A DNA stretch of 61,680 bases, filler included, from Choristocarpus tenellus KU-1152 (lineage: Eukaryota > Protista > Phaeophyceae), in NCBI GenBank assembly GCA_964200185.2. It is 8 parts of 8 records of this genome, joined end to end, with 100 filler letters (N's around TTAATTAATTAA, not from the genome) between each part and the next. Parts side by side here need not be neighbours in the genome. Positions count along the whole stretch, not along the records: positions 42,288 to 59,000 come from CAXNAD020000786.1; positions 59,101 to 61,680 come from CAXNAD020026580.1; 6 more parts are not named here. The stretch is one strand, 5' to 3'. The translations under genes were made by a program, and so were the position numbers. The notes under the pieces were generated by a model. It saw only the letters and a list, made by a program, of their open reading frames with translations, had not been told where the DNA came from and made no database searches. This document shows positions 54,201 through 61,680 of this stretch, one piece after another. The first letter of the stretch is position 1. Each line of letters starts with the position of its first letter.

Positions 54201-57200
54201 ACAACAAGTACTTCAACATCAATTAGAAATACTTCCAACAGTATCCATTCCAAATACTTCAACAATATCCAATCCAATACAATACAAAGAGCAAGTAACA
54301 AGAAGTCAAGATTTCAAATACTTCTAACCCTAACCCTAAGTTGTGTCATGTGCTAACTGACCTTGTAACCCCAATGTCAGCACAAAAGGCGTTGATTACC
54401 TCAGGTGTATAGCCCCTCCTCCTGAATCCCTTGATGGTGGGCATGCGGGGGTCGTCCCAACCATGTACCAGACCCCCCTTAATTAGCTTCAGCAACTTGC
54501 GTTTGGATAGAACCTTTCAACAACAACAACAACAATCAACAACAAACAAACAGCAAGAGGATCACTCAAAGAGACACCTCTTGTGATCAACAAGAAATAT
54601 AAAAGGAAACAGCACCCAAGAAGATAAAAAAGGGTTATTAACCCTAACCCTAAGGCATGCAACAGCCCAGACTAAGTTGAACCATTACAACTAAATATTA
54701 TACTCAGCAGGAGAAATAGCGTATGTATTCGATTATTGACGTAATAGAGTTGGAAAGGTTAGCATTAAAAGAAAATATTCAAAAATGGTGTTTTGGGTCA
54801 GTGCCATGGCTGAGATCATCTCACCTAAAGTCCAATAAAAAAAATTATCAAAAAAAAATCTATTTGTAGGAAATGAACTACTACCGAAAATATATTTTAA
54901 AAAAAACATCGTAACAATTCTTCTTTTTATTATTATTTTATTCAACAAATCACTAACTAGGATCGCACTCAACATATTTTCCACACTCTTTCCAGTAGCA
55001 AGTACCAAAAACATCCAAAATCAACTGTAAGTGCTTCAGCATATAAACAAGACATCCCCCTCCCCCTCCCCCTCCCCCCCCCCTCTTGTTTATTTTGTTC
55101 TTCACCGTGCGAGTGATATTGAGTCGTGCAAACTCGTAAACCTTGGGTCTGTATATTTCCAACGCCTCAAGGAGCCAATAGTATGACTCTCTCCTAGTCT
55201 CAAACTCCAAAGTACAGATGGAATAATCAATGTCTTCCAAGCTGAACATAGATAAAGAGTACAAGTTCACAGTTGACAGGGGAGGGGGAGGGGAATCAGG
55301 ATCTCCACCATTTAATTAACAGCAAATTCTACAGAATGTACTTGGAAGTGATGGGAAGGGACTCATTTTCCTAGGATAAGGATGTCTCAATACAGAACAC
55401 TACATTAGACAATACATTGCATCACAAGGGATGCACAGAATGAGATGCTGGGCAGATACCAAAACTTTCATGGTTCGGAACATGATAGACTTTACCTCTT
55501 CAGGGTGTAGAGGGATCATGCTTTTGGTTCACACTTGGTTCTATAAACTCTCAACAAGCACACAAATGCATGACAACAAAAAAATTCATCACTCAAAAAA
55601 CCTCAACTATTCAAAATTTTAAATATCGTACACCAAAAAAAAGGGTGGATCACCAAGATGTAAAAAAATTGTACAATGGTTCCATCTCAACTTTGGACAG
55701 CCCCACTCTAACCAATAATATCAAAATAAGAACAACCACAACAACCACTAGCTGGAAGACAAAATGTATGTATGTATGTATGTATGTATGTATGTATGTA
55801 GCAATGAAAGAACTCTTGTTAGAAAAAAATTGTTTCTGAAGGGATCATAGACCAGGTAATGATGAACAGGTAAGTATCTTTTTTATCTGTCAGTATCAGG
55901 TACCAAATATCAGATACCAAGTCTAAAGTAGAAAAAAAACTAAGAAACAAGAACAAAAAACCGTTAACATATTCTTAACACCATGACTGTTACAATTTAT
56001 TAAATTGCGTCAAATGAGATGTTAACATATACAAAAGCTACTGCTCTCTCCTTGTCCTACTGATCAAAAATACACCACCAATGATAATGTCCTTACATTA
56101 AATAAACAGAAATAATACCAACTAGTCAAGGTATATATCTCCAGCAGGAAAGACTCAAACTCAAGTAACTATTAATATACTCATGTATCCATTTGAGGGT
56201 GGGGAAGTTAACTAAGGCTTCGGGTTTCAATCCTTACATTTTTCTATGTACATCACATTTGAAGGGTCATTTTTTTGTAAACACAAGTCACCAACCCTAA
56301 CCCTAACCCTAAACCTAGCTACTTAAGTCACACCTGTCCACGAGGCAGTGAGTGAAATCATAAGTGGGGTATATGCACCACTTGTTTCCAACGTGAGGGT
56401 GTGCAATGTACCTAATCCGATACGCCACCTACCAGAACACACAACACACAACACAAAACAACAAAGGAGGGGGAGAGATAGAGCAGTGGTGCATTGGCCT
56501 AAGAGAAACAAAAATATAGCAAGGAGGAGACAGATCAAGGAGGAAACAGATCAAGGGGGAGAGAGCTCAAGGGGGAAGCAGGTCAAGGGAAAGACAGTTC
56601 AAGGGAAAGACAATTCAAGGGGTCTGTTTTTCTTTGCTGTAAAGAGGTAAAAGCCTCAGAACCTTGCGACCCAATGACTCTCTTGCATAAACTTGGTAGG
56701 TTTGTCACCCCAAAAACTACTAGACCTTCACAGCCCTATCAATTTTCACATTGAGGCTATATAGATGGACACGCTGCCAAACATAGAGGTCTAGAATCAC
56801 ACATGACCCATCATACATCAACCCAAAGTACAAACAAAACAAAAATATGATATACACAGCCCTAACCCTAACCACCCCCAAAATGTACACCAACATCAAA
56901 TCTACATCCGTCCCACCTCTTGTCGAAACCCCCAAAAACCCTGACCTTCCCACATCTCATCTATCACGTCGCCTTCAAGATATCCAAGAAATATTATCCA
57001 TGCTACAATAGCAGAGCTGTATTCACAAAGGTGTAAGAGACATGATACTACATTTATACATAGTATTAATATGAAAAAATACATTTTCTTTCTTGCATCT
57101 ATGATGGCAGTTACAGAACTCGAAATAATGCAAAGGGAACTATGGAGCTCAAATATCCAGGTCACCCTAACCCTAACTAATAGCATACAACCAAAGAAGC

Positions 57201-58643
57201 ACGTGTATTAACCAAAGAGTGTGTATATTAAACTTTATTTCTTCAAAACAAACTACACATATGGAGTGTCTGGAAAGAGTTACTTCTGCTGACAGGTGCA
57301 ACTACACACTATATATCCTCCCACACTTCATACACATGTTTCGCCCATGGTTGAACGACAAACTGAATCCCCAACACACTACCACCAAAATTCAACATGC
57401 AGCAATGCAGCAGATACACCACACATGACTGTCAGCATACCCTACATCAGCCTGACAGATAACAATATCTGGGCATGTTGCATGCCTATCATCTTTCATC
57501 TTCGCCAGATACTTTCATAGTTCACAGTAAAGGTGGGTAGAGTTTTATCAGTAATAACAGTAACAGTACCAGTTAACAGTATCCATGTACCTGATCCCAC
57601 ATGTTGGGGTTGGGTGAGGTCATATCCATCTTGAGCCTTAGGGTGCACTGATTCTCCTCCATCTTGCCTACCCGCATGTCTTCAAACAAAGCCAGACTTT
57701 CCTAGCCCGTTGGGGGTGAGAGTACAACAAAGTACATACAAAGTATATTCAAAGTACGTTTAAAGTATATACTAAGTACATTTAAAGTACATTCAAAGTA
57801 TATTCAAAGTACAACGAAATACATACCAAGTATATTCAAAGTACATTTAAAGTATAAGCAAAGTACATACAAAGTATATACAAAGTAGATTCAAAGTACA
57901 TACAAAGTACATTCAGAGTACATACAAAGTACATACAAAGTACATACAAAGTACAACAAAGTATATTCAAAATATATACAAAGTACATACAATGAAAAAA
58001 CAAAACACAAATCCAAGTCAAACCAGAGGAATGGCATTGAAGGGTTAGGGAGTCTCAGGGTTCAGAGTGAGGCCTATCATAGGGGATTGTAACAATAACG
58101 GTAGGGTTAGCGATGTGGATGAAACTGTGCAGATCAACAACACCATGCTGAAGAAGGCTCTTGGTATGTCATTAATCTGTCCCTTAACGCAGTAAGTCGT
58201 AACAATGTACATATACAGTTTACATGCACTTGTAACATCAGGTGTACAGAACAGATGTGGATGCTATGCTATATTGCGGAATATAGTACGTAGGCCAATA
58301 CACTAGATGATATGTTGGAGATTACTACCTGCTGGATGACTAAGAAGGTAGAGTAGCCCACCATGTGAAGAACAGATCACTATCTCATCTGGTGTTGGAT
58401 GAGTAACACACATAATGCTTGGTACAAATGAGAGGAACTGACACTATCCTTTTGACCTACAACCATTAGAACAACTAACCCTAACCCTGAATGAATACGA
58501 CATCTGTGCACCTCAACAGGCCTATCCCTCCAGGGACTGCAAGGATCTCCATCTGCATTGGGATCCATCATCTTGGCCCTGGCCACGTCTCTGCATCGAG
58601 AGATATCGTCCTTGCTCTGATGACACACATACGCCTTCCCGCT
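44194..58643 (-). CDS. QARS: Glutaminyl-tRNA synthetase, 3' part. Exons 58512-58643, 57591-57701, 56334-56428, 55106-55241, 54362-54513, 52398-52536, 51731-51859, 50858-51136, 49065-49160, 46755-46889, 44194-44421
   Basis: [132 protein letters not shown]. All 11 exons are phase-compatible; TAA at 44194-44196. Confidence 0.96.
53165..53362. repeat. 15-bp minisatellite ([GGT/TAT/TATA-variant]TATATCAACAAA), about 13 copies, in a QARS intron
   Basis: Read directly. Confidence 0.9.
53459..53663. mobile_element. MITE with about 25-bp TIR (GTTCTAAGTCTGCCCCTYCCAATAA)
   Basis: 53461-53485 is the near-perfect inverted complement of 53636-53660. Confidence 0.65.
57720..57991. repeat. 11-bp degenerate minisatellite (AAAGTACATAC) beside the acceptor at 57702
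   Basis: Read directly; more than 20 imperfect copies. Confidence 0.9.
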
Positions 58644-59100
58644 CTGTTTCGACAAAAAAAATGTAAGACGTAAGAAATTACAGATTGCACCATGAAACCA
58701 TTTATGCATTCAAAAAGAGGTTGTGCTTGGTACACATGCTCCTTGCCACCAACACCCTGCAGATCATGATAAAGAGGACCTGTAAACAGGGGAGGGAGGG
58801 GGGAGAGGGGCACGAGCGATCTGTGTCCAAGATTTCCTTTATACAGAGTAACGTATAATGTGCTCTTAGTGCTATTCCAAGTGCCATTGAACATCATACC
58901 TGTCAACCCCTCCCCCGCCCACACCGAAACCTCATGGAAAATCTCCCCCCTCCCCCCCCCCCATCAATTAAACCTTACTAAAGTCTAGGCCCTTCCATCC
59001 NNNNNNNNNNNNNNNNNNNNNNNNNNNNNNNNNNNNNNNNNNNNTTAATTAATTAANNNNNNNNNNNNNNNNNNNNNNNNNNNNNNNNNNNNNNNNNNNN

Positions 59101-60056
59101 CTAGGCTTGACATTGCAAATGCAGTTCGTGAAGTTGCCAAGTACAGTAGCAATCCCAAAGTCACTCATTGGCGTGCAGTGAAATGTATTTTAGCATATTT
59201 GAATACGTGTCCCAGTGTTGGATTGAGGTTTGGTGGTTTTGGTACTGAGTGTGAGTTGAGTGCATATGCTGATGCTAGTTATGCTGGAGACTGGAATGAT
59301 CGTAGGTCAGTGACTGGAGGAGCAATTATGTTTGCAGGAGGAGCAATATCTTGGATGTCAAAAGTGCAAAGAGTTGTAGCTCTGTCTTCCACAGAGAGTG
59401 AATACATAGCACTTAGTAGTGTGGCACAAGAAATACTTTTCTTGAGGAGTGTTTTTGAGTTTATTCAGCCACAGTTTCCTAGGCGTTGCATTGATTTGTT
59501 TGAGGATAATGATGGTGCATGTAAACTAGTACGAAATGCCACAAACTCTACTAGAACAAAGCACATAGATGTCCGACATCATTTTTTAAGGGATTTGTCT
59601 AGAAAAGGAGAGATTCGTGTTGTTTTTGTTGGTACTGCAAACCAGAGAGCAGATGTCTTGACCAAGAATTTGCCAGTTCGAGTTTTTAGACAACGTGTGA
59701 AGTTTTTGATGAACATGTGACACAACTTTTGTTTTTGATTTGATTTGATTTTTTTTTTAATGATTGTTTGAGAGATAATACTTGTTTTCAGCAAGGGGAG
59801 GATGTCGAATAACCTAGTGTTATCCTTACGTTGTTTGTGCTGACACAAGTACACCACATAGGTTATACGTACGTTTATATTTGGTTAGGTATGATACAGA
59901 GTACGTACGTATAAAAAATATAATAAGTCAACATTAATCCACACATCAGTGATGATGGATGGTTGACAGGCAATTAATAATTCAATGTGTGCTTTACCAT
60001 GTAATTCAACAGCTAGCTTCCGGCGACGAGCCTCATGTGCGCCAAGCTTCTCGACA
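59101..60056 (+). mobile_element. Ty1/Copia LTR retrotransposon 3' end (RT end/RNase H, PPT 59793-59802, 3' LTR 59803-60056)
   Basis: Copia pol motifs, the purine tract AAGGGGAGGA, and an LTR bounded by TGTCGA...TCGACA. Confidence 0.9.
59103..59720 (+). CDS. Copia Pol C-terminus (reverse transcriptase end plus RNase H), 5' truncated by gap
   Basis: RLDIANAVREVA..HWRAVKCILAYL, AYADASYAGD..DRRSVTG, VALSSTESEYIA, FEDN, RTKHIDVRHHFLR, QRADVLTK. Confidence 0.93.
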   Translation, partial: RLDIANAVREVAKYSSNPKVTHWRAVKCILAYLNTCPSVGLRFGGFGTECELSAYADASYAGDWNDRRSVTGGAIMFAGGAISWMSKVQRVVALSSTESEYIALSSVAQEILFLRSVFEFIQPQFPRRCIDLFEDNDGACKLVRNATNSTRTKHIDVRHHFLRDLSRKGEIRVVFVGTANQRADVLTKNLPVRVFRQRVKFLMNM

Positions 60057-61440
60057 TACAGCAATACTACGGTTGTGCAGCAGTAGGCGTGTACCACGCG
60101 ATGCCCTGTGCTGCAGGTGAGCTATGCCTTTTTCCCGACATGACCCCAAAAGAACCTAACGGCCATGTATGCCAAGGAGGGTGTGGTGGCCGGCTCCACG
60201 GCACCTGTGGTGAAGTGGAGCCAGAGAGTGGCAACGAATTGCACCGCATCTGCCCCACATGCGTTGCTGCCAAGCAGTCTGCCAACCAGTCCTCGCAAGC
60301 TGCCACAGGCAAGCGCAAACTTGGTGCGGTGTCTTCCTTGGGAGGGTCTGGAGCCGCCAAGAAAGCAGCATGCATGTCCCGCGGACGGCTGACTCTGGGG
60401 CTCGACGGGGTGGAAGAGGTTACAGAGTATTTAAACAACATGTACACACAAGAGGTACCCGAAAACATGTCCGATGATGAAAAAGAGGGCGGCGAAGATG
60501 ACTCCGGGAGACGCGAAGTTGAGGTGCCTCCACCTTATTCGGAACTTTCTTCCCACTTCCATCACTTGGAGACCATCGCCGAGAAATGTGGCATGCAGGA
60601 GGCCGCTTTCCACCTACAGAAGGCCAGGATGGCAATGATCAACGTGCATGCCTCTAAGCATGTAAAACAGACAGACATTAGAGCCTTTGCGAGCCGACCA
60701 GAGAGGGATACGTAGTGGAGAGAGGGGTGGTAGTGGTTCAGTGTCTTAATTCCAGCTGTAATTTGTCTTGATTTTCAGGTGTATCGCTGGTGGTCCTGTT
60801 CGGTTACGGTTTGGTGTAGAAGCGACGAGTAGGCTCGGGCGCAGGCAGTCAGTCCTCCTGCTCTGTGCTCTGACGCGTGGTGGATTTTGAGTGCGGTGTG
60901 CGGTGATACGAGTACAGTATGAATGGATCGTCATCAGGGCTCTGAGCATGATCTGTACTCTGAAACATATTGTGTATTGCAATGATATGCGTGAGATACA
61001 ACAACACTACAGCAGGACCATTCTGCTGTTATTCCCCTTTCTGGATACAGTACGTACTGTACAGTACTGCTGTACATTGCCCAGTCTATGCGATATGACA
61101 CAATGTGCATGGTACGGAATGCGCTGCCACAAACACAACAGTTACAGCTTCATACAGCAGTACAGTACCCGAAACAAGCAGCCGCGATCGTCCTCTCATC
61201 ACACTCCATATTATCCACGTGGCTGCACACGTTGTTTTTGTGTGGTAGGCGATACTGCCGTACTAGGTACGTGTTTATATGGTGTGTCATTACTCTGAAA
61301 TACGTGCGTATGTAGATGATTTCCTCGAATTGTGCGGTCACCGCACTATTCAGGAACGTTAACGAATAGTGCGGGTTCCCGCAATAGTGCGGCAAATGCT
61401 TCTTGTCACTACCCCCGCACTAAAGTAGGGACCCTTACTG
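60057..61440 (+). mobile_element. Internally deleted pogo/Tigger-like (Tc1-mariner) DNA transposon, right part
   Basis: Right terminus ...GGGACCCTTACTG followed by TA; repeated subterminal CCGCACTATT/AATAGTGCGG motifs at 61328-61424; the ORF resembles transposase termini. Confidence 0.6.
60101..60715 (+). CDS. Intronless 204-aa ORF: N-terminal Cys/His (PHD-like) finger fused to a transposase-like C-terminal tail, no DDE core
   Basis: C..C...HxCxxxCxxxxHxxC...CxxC finger, basic GKRK segment, RGRLTL, then an acidic linker and PPPYSELSSHF..KQTDIRAF. Family assignment is from recall of brown-algal pogo-like proteins. Confidence 0.6.
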   Translation: MPCAAGELCLFPDMTPKEPNGHVCQGGCGGRLHGTCGEVEPESGNELHRICPTCVAAKQSANQSSQAATGKRKLGAVSSLGGSGAAKKAACMSRGRLTLGLDGVEEVTEYLNNMYTQEVPENMSDDEKEGGEDDSGRREVEVPPPYSELSSHFHHLETIAEKCGMQEAAFHLQKARMAMINVHASKHVKQTDIRAFASRPERDT

Positions 61441-61489
61441 TACCATAAAACCTAACCATGTCATATTGTATCACATGTGGTCAGCTTCT

Positions 61490-61664
61490 GCCTCAAAGTA
61501 TCTGGAGGGGGGTGTCGGCTGTCCATTCGGGGCCCATTTTTCCCTGTCGCGATTTTTGAGTGATTTGGTTGCATACGTCGGATGGATAATTTAAGTGCAC
61601 TTCTCCTGGTCAGGGCTCGAATGGACACCCTGGTGTAGACCCCCCCCCCCAGGTACTTTGAGAC
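61490..61664. mobile_element. MITE family A, complete, 3-bp TSD TCT
   Basis: GCCTCAAAGTATCTGG...CCAGGTACTTTGAGAC with TCT on both flanks. Confidence 0.8.
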
Positions 61665-61680
61665 TCTTGTTAGACACTAC

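Overview
Eukaryotic, intron-rich nuclear DNA, probably from a brown alga or related stramenopile (inferred from gene style and transposon-type ORF, not proven). The window is not contiguous: eight contigs are joined by artificial 100-nt N-TTAATTAATTAA-N spacers. I reconstructed six spliced genes by hand: a complete Sec14/CRAL-TRIO lipid-transfer gene, the 3' part of a MORN-repeat gene, part of an unknown coiled-coil gene, the 3' end of CCT7, the 3' part of a WHIM/WSD plus chromo-barrel chromatin gene, and the 3' part of glutaminyl-tRNA synthetase (GlnRS). Mobile DNA comprises a Copia 3' end with PPT and LTR nested in an internally deleted pogo-like transposon, a degenerate Copia relic, several MITE families sharing one TIR core, and minisatellites. 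The three strongest signals are: (1) telomere-type repeats next to splice sites are strand-polarised, TTAGGG after donors and CCCTAA(C) before acceptors, in 10 of 10 cases I found; (2) GlnRS ends in an exon resembling the eukaryotic CysRS C-terminal extension; (3) an in-frame, catalytically deleted pogo-type ORF lies 44 nt downstream of a Copia LTR. I found no supportable rRNA, tRNA or CRISPR array.
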